Notes under the pieces: generated by a model
What the model was told of the DNA's origin: nothing
Seen by the model: the letters and a program-made list of their open reading frames with translations, nothing else
The model's database searches: none
Part shown: positions 20,756 through 39,063 of the stretch, piece after piece
Layout of the letters: every line of letters begins with the position of its first letter
How positions within the stretch are numbered: position 1 is the first letter of the stretch
Assembly (NCBI RefSeq): GCF_009914755.1
Contig: NC_060941.1
Direction: 5' to 3' (one strand)
Length of the DNA: 64,000 nt
Source of the DNA: the human T2T-CHM13v2.0 reference genome, Homo sapiens
Translations under genes and position numbers: made by a program

Positions 20756-21409
20756 TAGGGTATTTCTAAATTAATTTAAATATTTTATTATTCTTTATGG
20801 TCTTTTGCTGTTTCACATTCTAGAAATCTTACGTGTGTTAGAATCTTATTTAAAATTCCATTAATGTATATTTGTCCCAAATTTTATTCTATTCCAATGT
20901 TTTTTGGTTTGGCAGGTTTTTTTTAGGTACAAAGACGTTCCTTTTGGTATTATTTATAACAATGAATTAATATTATATTCATTAGTATTAATAAAATCAA
21001 GGCAAAAACCGGGCCTTGCCTTTAGAACTTGTTGCACAGATGTGAGTCATCGCAGCATTATTTATCAGGGTTGTTGATTCTGTCAGCTTTCAAGAGGAAA
21101 CAGGCTGCTGCAACCCTGGTGTCCGTAGGAAAGGGTGTCATCATCATAGAACCTCCTCAGAAATCACTGGTGCCCATCCTAACTCTCGTAGTAGTGTTTC
21201 TCCCATGCTTGCAAACTCTATCAGGGTTGACTCGTTCACACTCAAAACATTTTATAGAGCTGGGTACAGTGGCTCATGCCTGTAATCCCAGTACTTTGGG
21301 AGGCCAAGGTGGGTGGATCACTTGAGGTCAGAAGTTAGAGAGCAGCCTGGCCAACATGGTGAAACCCTGTCTCCACTAAACGTACAAAACTTAGCCGGGT
21401 GCAGTGTCA

Positions 21410-21535
<126 letters not shown>

Positions 21536-21954
21536 CTATCTCCAAAAAAAAAAAAAAAAAAAAAGGCCACCTTGGTGGGACCCACGACCAGGGAGCAGCA
21601 GAAGGCAAGACAGAGCTGTAGGTTCATTTAATGACCCAATTTTCATGCCTTTTAGTGCCACGTGTTTCATGTCTGGAAATCCTGAAAATTACCACAGTTA
21701 TTACCACAATTTTTAACCATTGGTTAATTTTTCAGAATAAAACGTGGCTTTTTGGATTTGTTTACCATTTCATAGAGGTGAAAGGAGAACAATTTTTGTT
21801 TCTTATTCCTTTGTGGCTAAAAGTATGTTCCCGGCTTGGTGTGGTGGCTCACACTTACAATGCTGGCACTTTAGGATGCCAAGGCAGGAGGATCACTTGA
21901 GTTGAGGAATTCAAGACCAACCTGGGCAACACAGTGAAACCTTGTCTCTACTAA

Positions 21955-22161
<207 letters not shown>

Positions 22162-22466
22162 TAGCCAGGATGGTCTTGATCTCCTGATCTTGCGATCCAC
22201 CCACCTCGGCCTCCCAAAGTGCTAGAATTACAGGCGTAATTACCTGGCCCAAATATTTTATGCTTTTAAGACTGCTTATGTAATTGAAGAACAGAAATTA
22301 TATCTGCTGTTCTAATGGTACCTGTTTAAGCTTAAGTTAGATTAAATCTCTTGAAATTTTTAAAATGGTAAGCTCATTCAGATGATTGAATTTCAGTTTC
22401 TCTATAGTTTTACTGCTTCTTTAATCATCTTTTATTTTACTGGAATTGGATATAGTCTTATTATAA

Positions 22467-22880
<414 letters not shown>

Positions 22881-24915
22881 AAAGCTCTAACCCCATGTTA
22901 TGGACAAACACTGAAATTACATTTTAGGGAATTCATCCTCTAAGAATTATGTTTTTGTTTTTAATCATATGTTCCAAACAGGCACTGTTAGATGAAGTAA
23001 ATGATTTCAACAAGGATATTTGTATCAGGGTTCTACTTCACTTCATTATGCAGCATTACATGTATATCACTTTTATTGATGTCATTAAAACATTCTGTAC
23101 TTTAAGCATGAAAAGCAATATTTCAAAGTATTTTTAAACTCAACAAATGTCATCAAATATGTTGAATTGATCTAGAAATTATTTCATATATAAATCAGAA
23201 TTTTTTTGCATTTATGAACGGCTGTTTTTCTACTTTGTAATTGTGAGACATTTTCTTGGGGAGGGAAAATTGGAATGGTTCCCTTTTTTAGAAATTGAAG
23301 TGGTCTTCATATGTCAACTACAGAAAAGGAAAAAAATAGAAATTGAAGGATTTTTATGAAATTATATTGCATTACTATTTGCAGTCAAACTTTGATCCTT
23401 GTTTTTGAAATCATTTGTCAATTCGGAATGAAAAATTATAATGTAATTTTACATTACATAAGTTCCTTTTACAATTAAAAAATAGCACTTCTTCATCTTA
23501 TGCCTGTTTGAGAAGATATTAAATTTTCACATTGTTGACAGTGAAATGCTATGTTGGTTTATAAGATTACAGACCATTTGTTTTCATGTGGATAATTTTA
23601 GTGCATTGCTCACCCGGTATGTTTTTTTTTTTTAACTTGAACATTTTGCTTGTTTTGTTTTTCTTTTTTAATTAGATAATCACACGGAAAATTAAGCTGT
23701 TCATATCTTTAAATTAGGATTGCAAACCAAGGAAAGAACGCATTTGAGATTTTAAGATGTCACTTATAAGGGGAGAAGTGTTCTTAAAAAGTCAACCAGA
23801 AAACTGTTATGCCTTTTATTTGTTTGCAAGGATGTCTTTGTAATGTGTTTCATGAATAGAATATCCAATAGAGATAAGCTGACTTGAATCATTTTGAGCA
23901 ATTTTGCCCTGTGTTATATGTGTTTCACGCACATATTTGCAGTTGGATTTTCTCCAACAGAAAGTGGATTCACTACTGGCACATTAACAAGCACCAATAG
24001 GTTTTTATTCCAACTCCGAGCACTGTGGTTGAGTAACATCACCTCAATTTTTTATTATCCTTAAAGATATTGCATTTTCATATTCTTTATTTATAAAGGA
24101 TCAATGCTGCTGTAAATACAGGTATTTTTAATTTTAAAATTTCATTCCACCACCATCAGATGCAGTTCCCTATTTTGTTTAATGAAGGGATATATAAGCT
24201 TTCTAATGGTGTCTTCAGAAATTTATAAAATGTAAATACTGATTTGACTGGTCTTTAAGATGTGTTTAACTGTGAGGCTATTTAACGAATAGTGTGGATG
24301 TGATTTGTCATCCAGTATTAAGTTCTTAGTCATTGATTTTTGTGTTTAAAAAAAAATAGGAAAGAGGGAAACTGCAGCTTTCATTACAGATTCCTTGATT
24401 GGTAAGCTCTCCAAATGATGAGTTCTAGTAAACTCTGATTTTTGCCTCTGGATAGTAGATCTCGAGCGTTTATCTCGGGCTTTAATTTGCTAAAGCTGTG
24501 CACATATGTAAAAAAAAAAAAAAAAAGATTATTTTAGGGGAGATGTAGGTGTAGAATTATTGCTTATGTCATTTCTTAAGCAGTTATGCTCTTAATGCTT
24601 AAAAGAAGGCTAGCATTGTTTGCACAAAAAGTTGGTGATTCCCACCCCAAATAGTAATAAAATTACTTCTGTTGAGTAAACTTTTTATGTCATCGTAAAA
24701 GCTGAAAAAATCCCTTTGTTTCTATTTATAAAAAAAGTGCTTTTCTATATGTACCCTTGATAACAGATTTTGAAGAAATCCTGTAAGATGATAAAGCATT
24801 TGAATGGTACAGTAGATGTAAAAAAAATTCAGTTTAAAAGAACATTTGTTTTTACATTAAATGTTTATTTGAAATCAAATGATTTTGTACATAAAGTTCA
24901 ATAATATAAAAGCTG
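22881..24915 (+). other. SUZ12: SUZ12 3'UTR (AU-rich, no Alu); end approximate
   Basis: Follows the stop; AATAAA 24656-24661, ATTAAA 24856-24861, CATAAA 24890-24895, then a U/GU-rich tract at ~24916-24945. Confidence 0.8.
24313..24320 (+). promoter_or_regulatory. miR-200b/c/429 8mer seed match (CAGTATTA) in SUZ12 3'UTR
   Basis: Exact 8mer; SUZ12 is an established miR-200b target. Confidence 0.75.
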
Positions 24916-25199
24916 TATTCTGTTTTGGGGTTTTTTTGTTATTATGCATTGTTAACATGTACATTAAAATTTTGATTTAGATAGCATAGTAAGATTTCAG
25001 CCTCAAATGAGTCAGAGCTAATAAGAAATTAGGAAAATCTTAATGTGAAATCCTGCTTTCAGCAGTTACAACTAATATGTCATTTATGGTATTACATAAA
25101 TATTTAAAAATTTATAGTTCAGAGTAATGAAGGAGAGAGATTCATTTTTCACAGCATACCTTTTTATACTATTTAAACTTTTAAGGTATATATGTTTTT

Positions 25200-26020
25200 A
25201 AAACCTAAAAAAAAATGAAAAGCAGAGTTGAGTGACAAATAAGGTGACATTGAATTATAACCTAATAAATAACCAGTTATAACCCAATGAGTATAAAATA
25301 TCCACAAATCTATACTCAGAAATAAATGTCTGAAAAAATAAATGAATAAACAAATCTGTGCAGAAAACTTCCAAATAATTTATGTAGATATTGCCCCTTC
25401 AAGAAGGTAGAACATAACTCCCCACCCAGTAAGTGTGGCTGTTTACAGTGACTTACAGTATTGGAGGTTTGAGGAGATGGGGGAGGATGTAGGGAAACCT
25501 GACAAACACTGCCTCACCCAGAGGACCAAGGTTAACATCATCAGTGATAAGTCACGACGACGGCATGCACTCTTGATAAGACGAGAACTGCACATCACCT
25601 CTGTGGTCTTCCTCCCCAAAATGCAAAAACCTAGGCTAACCATAAGAAAAACCCATAAGGAGGGCTTTCTACAACATACCTAACCAGTACTCCTCCAAAC
25701 TGTCAAGGCCATCAAAAACAAGGAAAGTCTGAGAAACCGACAGTCTAGAGGAAAACATGATGACTAAATATCATGTGGTATAGGATCATGAGGCAGAAAA
25801 AGGACGTCAGGTAAAAACTAAGGAAATCTGAGTAAAGTATGGACTTGAGTTAATAACAGTGTGTCAACACTGGCCCATTAGTTGTAACAAATATCCCACA
25901 CTAATCTAAGACGTTAATAACGGATAACCAAGTACAGGATATACGGAAACCCTCTACTATCTTTGCAACTTTTATATAAATCTAAAGCTATCCTAAAATT
26001 TTAAAGTTTTATTTTTTAAA
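25200..26020 (+). mobile_element. Old L1 (L1MC-type) 3' end fragment
   Basis: ggaaacctgacaaacactgcctc...aaggttaacatcatcagtgataagtca...ctttgcaacttttatataaatctaaa resembles the L1MC 3'UTR. Confidence 0.65.
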
Positions 26021-26231
26021 AGCAAAAAGTTCAAAAAGAATATTTCTTAAAAGCTGGAATGCCAAAAAAGTTTAATAAGATACTTGAATTAAACTAACAT
26101 TTTGGGGAATATTAGTAATGACCCAAGGCAGAAATAAAACACTAAAATATATAGCATCCCTAATTTATGTGGGAATGAACAAGGTTCTCTTGGGAAAATG
26201 AAATACGGAGAACTAAAGTAAAATATACACA

Positions 26232-26565
26232 CAGTCATGCACTGCACAATGTTTCAGTCCACAAGGAACCACATACATGACGGTGATCCCATAAGATTTT
26301 ATGTAGTACCTTTTTAAATGTTTAGATATGGTTAGATACACAAATACCTACCGTTGTGCTACAGCTGATCACGGGATTCAGTACAGTCACATGATGTGCA
26401 GGTTTGCAGCCTAGCAGCAATAGGCTATGCCGTATAACCTAGGTGTGTTGGAAACCCTACCATCTAGGTTTGTGTAAGTGTACTCTATGATGTTCACACA
26501 ATCGGGACATCGCCAAATGACACATTTTTCAGAATGTATCCCCATCATTAAGCAATGCATGACTG
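26232..26565 (+). mobile_element. Tigger3-family (TcMar) non-autonomous DNA transposon
   Basis: Terminal inverted repeats cagtcatgc...gcatgactg with 3' TA; internal gatcccataagatt and ccatctaggtttgtgtaagt motifs. Confidence 0.8.
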
Positions 26566-26709
26566 TACTTGAAAATTTTAATCTATTTTTGGCCGGACAC
26601 GGTGGCTCAAGCCTGTAATCCCAGCACTTTGGGAGGCCAAGGCAGTTGGATCACGAGGTCAGGAGATCGAGACCATCCTGGCTAACACGGTGAAACCTCA
26701 TCTCTACTA

Positions 26710-26901
<192 letters not shown>

Positions 26902-26984
26902 CTATTTTCAAATTTTGCAGTGATTTCATACCAACAGTTTAGCTCAGACTTAACAAAAATAAAATGAGAAAATGACCCTCTCAC

Positions 26985-27202
26985 CATTAGCTGTCACCAG
27001 AAAGGATTTGTTACTGCCCTGAGCCTTATCGGTCAGGTCTTCAGTTATGTCCATGTGTCGGATTTCTTCATGCATTTCTTCCAGAATTTTGCAGAGTTCT
27101 GCTTCCCAATAATCTTTGTCTAGACAGTCAATTAATTCTGCAAGCTGGACCTTTGTGCTGTAGTACCAAATTTTATTTTCATTTTCATTTTCTGTATCTT
27201 CT
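26985..27202 (-). pseudogene. BPTF exon-3 paralogous remnant, inverted ([72 protein letters not shown])
   Basis: Reverse complement gives tttccccatttttaaacag acceptor, 72 open codons matching recalled BPTF (KIWYYSTKVQLAELIDCLDKDYWEAELCKILEEM), and AATG|gtgaga donor. Confidence 0.92.
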
Positions 27203-27840
27203 CTGTTTAAAAATGGGGAAATACTTTATATGTTAGACATAATGCCACTTTTCTGACAGTTTCATCTACCCAGTGAAAAGTTAAAGCTTATGCACTAAAA
27301 CTCAATATATGTGCTCACAAGAGATCCCTGCAGGTCTTACTCAAACTTGATTTACTCTGAGAAAGGACATCTAAAAAACTTGATACAGAGAAAGATGACC
27401 TCAAAATTCAGAACCATATGAGAGTACTTTGTGGAAGCCAGTTTCAGCTACATCTCAATCAACTTTAAGATCATCAATGTAACAATATGATGAGCCGAAT
27501 GTATTTAGAATTATTTTATTTTAATTATTTATTGAGATGGAGTTTTGCTCTTGTCACTCAGGCTGGAGTGCAGTGGCGCGATCTCGGCTCACTGCAACCC
27601 CTGGCCTCCCGGGTTCAAGCGATTCTCCTGCCTCAGCCTCCAGAGTAGCTGGGACTACAGGCATGTGCCACCATGCCCAGCTAATTTTTGTATTTTTAGT
27701 AGAGATGGATTTGGCCAACATGTTCTTGATCTCCTGACCTTGTGATCTGCCCACCTCGGCCTCCTAAAGTGCTGGGATTATAGGCATGAGCCACTGCACC
27801 CAGCCTAGAATTATTTTAGAATAAAATAAATGTATTTTAG

Positions 27841-27993
<153 letters not shown>

Positions 27994-28707
27994 TAATATA
28001 GTTTAGAAATATTTCCATCAAACTGGTGTAAACGCTTTGCTAAGTTCTGGTTCTTGAAGGAGTTATCTCAAATAATATCTCATCCCTTTTCTTCGGGACA
28101 ATCGAAGCCCAAAATGAAGAGAAGAGCTTCCTCTCCAGCCTAAAACTCTCCTAAGGTTCCATTCACTTTTAATGGATTTAAAGACTTCAACAGAGATGGT
28201 CACTAACTTAAAAGAAACAAGGCAAATTAATGTCTAGGACTAGATGTAGAGGAACACACATAATGGTATTTCTGTTCCCACTCAAAAGCAATTCAAGAGT
28301 ATGTGTGAGGCAATTGATGACAGTGAGTCTGATTTTCCTGTTTCCTCAATGGCAAACTGAGGGAACTGAAAAAACTGGGCTTTTGGAGAGATCTGGCTTT
28401 AAATAGGCTAATGTGCTTAGAAGATATGTGGACATGGACAAAACACAACCTCTCTGAGTCTCTAAGACATTTTATTTATCTCACTTGTAAAATGAGGATA
28501 TAATAAAACCTGCCTGTGTGCCACTATAAGACTTAAAAGTATAATGATGAGGCATCTACCATAGTGCCTGGGCACATTAGTGATCAATAAATGTTAAATA
28601 TTATTGTTAAGGTAGTAAATGAATAAAAATTCAGCAGCATTACAGGAATGAGTCACTCAGTAATTCTGAAGAAAGAAGGGCTATATTAAATCATAGATAA
28701 AAGGATA

Positions 28708-28921
28708 CTGGTGGAGTACCCTTATTCTGAAAATCTGAAATCCAAAATGCTCCAAGGTCCAAAAGTTTTTGAGTGTCAACATGCTGTTCAAAGGAAATGC
28801 TCATTAGAGCATTTCAGATTTTCAGATTAGAAATGATCAACTGGTAAGTAGAATGCAAATATTCCAAAAATGCCCAAAACACTTCTGATCCAAAGCATTT
28901 TAGGTAAGGATGCTCAACCTA
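28708..28921. mobile_element. Tigger4/Zombi-type MITE
   Basis: ctggtggagtacccttat...taaggatgctcaacct inverted termini flanked by TA; aatccaaaatgctcca core. Confidence 0.7.
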
Positions 28922-29097
28922 TACAGTATTCACTGACTTAACATTTTTCTTCTTGAAGCCACAGAAAGATAAATTCATTAAAGCATAAAGGAGCAAAACA
29001 GCAAATACCTGCTAATCCATTCAAAGAAGAGTTGGGTTTTTTTGGTCTATTTTGTTTAACTTTTCTCTTTTTTTTGGTGGGGGGGAGGGGGTGGTGA

Positions 29098-29199
<102 letters not shown>

Positions 29200-30000
29200 T
29201 GAGTAGCTAGGACTATGGGCACATGCCACCATGCCCGGCTAATTTTTGTGTTTTAAGTAGAGATGGGGTTTCACTATGTTGGCCAGGCTAACCTCGAACT
29301 TCTGGGCTCAAGTGATCCACCCACCTGGCTTCCTAAAGTGCTGGGATTACAGGTCTGAGCCACCACACCTGGCCACCCTCTTCAAACAAAATATGAGCAT
29401 TTCCATTGGCCTAGGTCTTCACCTTGTCTACTTTATTGACTTACATTACTTACCTAGTCCCTGAAGACATAACACACATTTGCCACCCTTAGAGCTCAAC
29501 CAAACTGTATTGAATGCATGTATTTGGCAATTAGTGCTTGTATTTTAATTTTCATTTCACATATGTGTTCCATTTTCCTAACTAGATTGAAATAAGCCAT
29601 CTCCTATTAGGTATTTTTCTTTCTTTTTTAAAAATTTTGAGACAGGGTCTTGCTCTGTCACTCAGGCTGGAGTGCAGAGGTGCAATCATGGCTCAGTGCA
29701 ACATCCACCTCCCAGGCTCAAGCGATCCTGCCCCCTCACCCTCTGGCGTAGCTGGGACCACAGGTGCGCACCACCATGCCCGGCTAATTTTTCAATTTTT
29801 TTCTAGAGACGAGGTCCTGCTATGTTGCCCAGGCTAGTCTCAAACTCTTGACCTCAAGCAATCGTCCGGCTTTGGCTTCTCAAAGGGCTGGGATTGCAGG
29901 CATGAGCTATCGCGCCCGGCCAAGTATTTTTGTTTAAATTACTTTTTGGTTGTCACTTATCTCAATAAATATTAACATATGTTTACGAAACCTTTCTTTT

Positions 30001-30034
<34 letters not shown>

Positions 30035-30829
30035 AGACGGAGTCTCGCTCTGTCTCCCAGGCTGGAGTGCAGTGGCGCGATCTCGGTTCACTGCAACCTC
30101 CGCCTCCCGGATTTTACGCCATTCTCCTGCCTCAGCCTCCCGAGTAGCTGGGACTACAGGCGTGCACCACCTACGCCCGGCTAATTTTTTTTGTATTTTT
30201 AGTAGAGATGGGGTTTCACTGTGCTAGCCAGGATGGTCTCGAACTCCTGACCTTGTGATCCGCCCGCCTCGGCCTCCCAAAGTGCTGGGATTACAGGCGT
30301 CAGCCACTGTGCCCGGCAAACCTTTCTCTTATCTGAAGAACTGACCTCAACCACTCAGGGTTGAGTCCCTGTGATAAGGTTTGAGGGTGCCTGAACTGTC
30401 ACCATGATTCGTCCCCTGGGCTGAGCTCAAACCTAGTGATTTGTCAGGTAAATAAATTAAGGTTATTTCCCGATAATACAGACCTGTAACACCGTGAAGT
30501 AGGTTTTAGGCAGGATTCCCTCTTTTCCACTGCAAAGGAGAGGTAAGTTCTTGCTAAGGTGGTCAGGCTCCTAGCTGGGACACTGGGAAGGTGGCGGGAG
30601 ATTGGAACATGCAGTAGTTGCATTCTGGAGTTTACTGAGGCTTTCCGAGTGGGGATCCCATGCAACAGGTCTTAGGGACCCCCCTCCCTCCAGGCGTGGC
30701 AGCCCGGGGTGTGGCTCCTGGCACAGATCCGGAGCAGTTGTCATCGGAGTCAATTCAGGACTCCACTTCCAAGCTTCGGAGTTTCCTAAATTCTGGGGGC
30801 TTGTCTCCCTGTACCCCACCCCGACTAAT

Positions 30830-32130
30830 TTTCCTCGGTCGCTGGCGCTGCCCCGTCCCTTAGGTCGCTCGGGCCGCCCCCCTCCGCGACTTTTTTTTTC
30901 TTTCTCTCGCTGCCTCTTTCAGCCTCAGTTTCCCTAGAGGGCGGGAGGGGAACGATATTTGGGGGCTCTCCTGCCTTCCTCTCCGAGCCGCGGAAGGGGA
31001 GTCGCGGGAAGGAGACCCGGCAGGCTTTGGGCTCCAGCCAGGGGTCCGCGGAGACTGTGGTCTCCGAAGGCCTTAGACGCGGGGCTTGTCAGGAGCTGCG
31101 GGCCTCTTTCAGCCGCGCCACCCGCACCCGGAGCGCCGTGCTGCGCCAAGTCCAGGCGCCCCGAGCTCTCCGCCCCCGACTCAATGCTCCCGCGCTCCCC
31201 CTAGCGGCCGCCGCGCCACCTCGCCCCCTTCCCAGGCTGGGCGGCGGCGCACCTCACGTGACCGCGCTCCTGTAGAGGGAAGAAACAAGGTGGCGGTTGA
31301 AGGCGATCTTGAGTGGGGCCCCAGCAATTCGGTTGAGCCTTCTCCCTCCACTCGCTTCCGCCGGCCGGGCCCCTCCCGCCCAGCCCCTCGGGCCTCCCAA
31401 CCCGGCCCCGGCGCTCCCCACCGCCGCCACTGCGCCCGGCCCTCCCCGTCAGCTTTCCCTTCTCCCGCCGCCTGGGCTCCAACAAGAGGGGCCGGCGGGG
31501 CAGGCCGACCAAGCAGCCCGCGGCTCCCGCTGCGGAGCGCTGCGCCCCGGCCCCGCCGCCGCCGCCGCCCACGTCCGGACCCATCGGGGGCTCCCCTCGC
31601 CGATACGCGGTAGTAGCCGGGGCAGGTGGGCAGCCGCCAGGCTGAGGTGGCGCCCAAGACGCGGCTGAGCTCGCCCAGGGTGGGCAGCAGTAGCCGGAGG
31701 AAGCCACCGCCGCCGGCCCGCCCCGCGCCGGCACCAGCGCACGGGCCCGGCGGGGGCGCGGGGGCAGCCACCTAGCCCGGACCACCGCAGCCCGGAGGGC
31801 TGTCAACAGAGTGGTGTATGATGACTACGAGAGCGAGGAGGAGGAGTAAGAGGAGGGGGGCGGCGATGCCGAGGAGACCCAGGAGTCTGAGGACAACTAG
31901 GAGGATGACATGGAGGAGGACGACGATGACTCCGATTATCCGGAGGAGCTGGAAGATGACGACGAGGACGCCAGTTACTCCACGGAAAGCAGCTTCAGCA
32001 GCACTCCAGGTACCCACCCAGCGCAGTTGCTGCAGACTCATTCCCCACCTCCTCTCCCCTCCCCCCTTGCTCACTTATGTGCTGTGCATCCCGCTCCGAT
32101 CTCCCGCCAACCCCGCCGACCCCTAAACTT
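30830..32130 (+). promoter_or_regulatory. CpG island / BPTF-derived promoter, likely the distal promoter of LRRC37B
   Basis: Very GC/CpG-rich, GC boxes, TCACGTGACC USF/CLEAR-type E-box at 31254-31263; contains the BPTF exon-1 remnant; BPTF-derived promoters are an established feature of primate LRRC37 copies. Confidence 0.85.
31484..32009 (+). pseudogene. BPTF exon-1 remnant (RGRRGRPTKQPAAPAAERCAPAPPPPPPTSGPIG...VVYDD...MEEDDDDSDYPEE...SSTP), probable LRRC37B 5' exon
   Basis: Matches recalled BPTF N-terminus; ATG changed to AAG (31484), frameshifts near 31590-31640, in-frame TAA 31847 and TAG 31898; donor CCAG|gtaccc retained. Confidence 0.93.
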
Positions 32131-32734
32131 TAGAGGGGAAATGGGAGGGCACATCAAGTGGCAAAAAACTAGATTTATAAGAGGAAAGAAGCACATTGTT
32201 CAAAATGGAGATTGCATTGTTGCAGGCCGCACTCGCTTGCTCCCCGTCCCCCCAACTCCCTTTTTTTCTCCTCAAAATTTGTGCCAGTGCAGTGTCTCCA
32301 CCGGGCAGGATTGAAACTTTGGCAAACACATATCCATTGCATTCATTTTTCTCCCCTTGTTTTGGTGTGGTTTTCTGGAATGAAAGAAGCCTCTTGTTTT
32401 GCAAACCTCTTTGCATTTCTAATGTGTTTCCTTTCGGATTTTCATTATATATCTGTTCCTTAAAAGGGAATTAAGGATTTGTACAGATTGTGGCACACAG
32501 ACACACAGAAAAACATGCCTGTGTTCACACCCCTAGCTGTGGTTTTTAAATTGTGTTAAGGAAACGGATCATTTTGGTTAGTAGGGGAACTTTACCTGGT
32601 CCTGTGTGTTTGTTTTTATTCTTCGAGTGCTGACGGGCTAGTGCAACAGTTGCTGGTAAATGGCTGATTAAAAAGCAAAGCAGAAAGCCAAACAAGATCC
32701 AACCAAATTTGGTAATTCATCCGATTCAAAATTG

Positions 32735-37560
<4,826 letters not shown>

Positions 37561-37581
37561 CTAGTCCCCCTCCCTTATAAT

Positions 37582-37612
<31 letters not shown>

Positions 37613-38219
37613 ATCTATATACACTTTCAATGTATGTAGGTATATAGATATGTATCTATACTTTCAATGTATATCTACATGCATACATTGTATATGTATG
37701 TAGACATATATCCACATACATTGAAAGATATATATCTATATACATATACAATGCATGTATGATACCTTTGGCCACTACATCCTTCTTAAATTTCCTGTTG
37801 CCACTCATGACCCAATTTCCTTGACCAGTTATTCCTCCTTCAAACATCCCTCTTACATGTGATAGTCCTCAGCATTTAGTTTCCTCAACTTTCCCCTAAT
37901 TATCAGTTGACTCAATTACCACCAAAATATCAATGACTTCTAGATCCATTTTCCTACCTAGACCTCTCTTCTAAACTCCAGTTATGTATTTCAACTGCCT
38001 ATGTTGTCCCCGATAAACTCCACATTGTAGGAAATAAAAAGAAAGGAGTTACAAAAGTTAGGTTCAAAGCAAAATTTAAAAACTCCTAAATGAAACAAAG
38101 ATCTAGTGATGATAAAGGCTATGGCCCACAATGAAGATATAAAAGTAATGAACCTTTCTGTAAAACATGTGTGTGATAGAGCCGGTCCCCAGCTTTAAGC
38201 CTTTCAGCGATTCAAGTAA

Positions 38220-38560
38220 CTGCAGAACATCTTTAAAGTACTGAGAGAAATGTCAATCCAGAATTCTATATCCAGCAAAAATACCCTTCAACAATTAAGG
38301 CAAAAAGAAAAAAAAGACATTTCAGATGAAGAAAATCTAAGAGAATGTGTTGTCAGAAGTTCTGCTCTAAAATAAATGTATAAGCAGGTCTTTAGGCCAA
38401 AGGAAAATTATACCAGTGGTAATACTAGAACTTCAGAGATAAAGAAAGAGCAGCAGAAATGGTATCTGGGAAAATTTTAAAACACAAATGGTTGTTTCTC
38501 CTCTTACGCTCTTTAAAATATGTATGGTGGTTGAAAGCACAAGTTAGAACCCTGGTGAGA
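38220..38560 (+). mobile_element. L1 ORF1 C-terminal remnant (sense)
   Basis: aacatctttaaagtactgagagaa...ccagaattctatatccagcaaaaatacccttcaa...agacatttcagatgaagaaaatctaagagaat resembles old L1 ORF1. Confidence 0.65.
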
Positions 38561-39063
38561 CTTCCAATGTATGTAGATATAGATAGATAGATAGATAGAT
38601 AGATACATATATCTATATACATGTAGAGGTAATAATGGTAGCTATTTTATGGAGCTGATCTGAGGATAAAATAAGATAATGCACTTTAAAGTGCTCAGCA
38701 CAATGTCTGGCAAATAGCACTCTATAGGCCAGGCATGGTGGCTCACACCTGTAATCCCAGCACTTTGGGAGGCCTAGGTGGGTGGATCACTTGAGGTCAG
38801 GAATTTGAGACCAGCCTGGCCAACATGGTGAGACCCCATCTCTACAAAAAATATAAAAATTAGCCAGGTGTGGTGGTGGACTCCTGTAATCCCAGCTACT
38901 TGGGAGTGAGGCAGGCAAGTGGCTTGAACCTAGGAGGTGGAGGTTGCAGTGAGCCAAGATTGCACCACTGCACTCCAGCCTGGGCGACAGAGCGACTCTG
39001 TCTCAAAAAAAAGAAAGCACCTGTAAAAGCTAGCTGGTGATTTTTATATTATTACTGACACAG

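Noticed and set aside
30541-30548. Perfect + strand donor AG|GTAAGT upstream of the CpG island
   Set aside because: No clear upstream exon or promoter to pair it with; such 8-mers occur by chance
31484-32009. Possible functional BPTF gene
   Set aside because: Start codon lost, frameshifts, nonsense codons, exon 2 not found and exon 3 inverted
30444-32074. Long overlapping Pro/Arg/Gly-rich ORFs on both strands
   Set aside because: Expected from stop-codon scarcity in a CpG island; only the BPTF-homologous frame is interpretable
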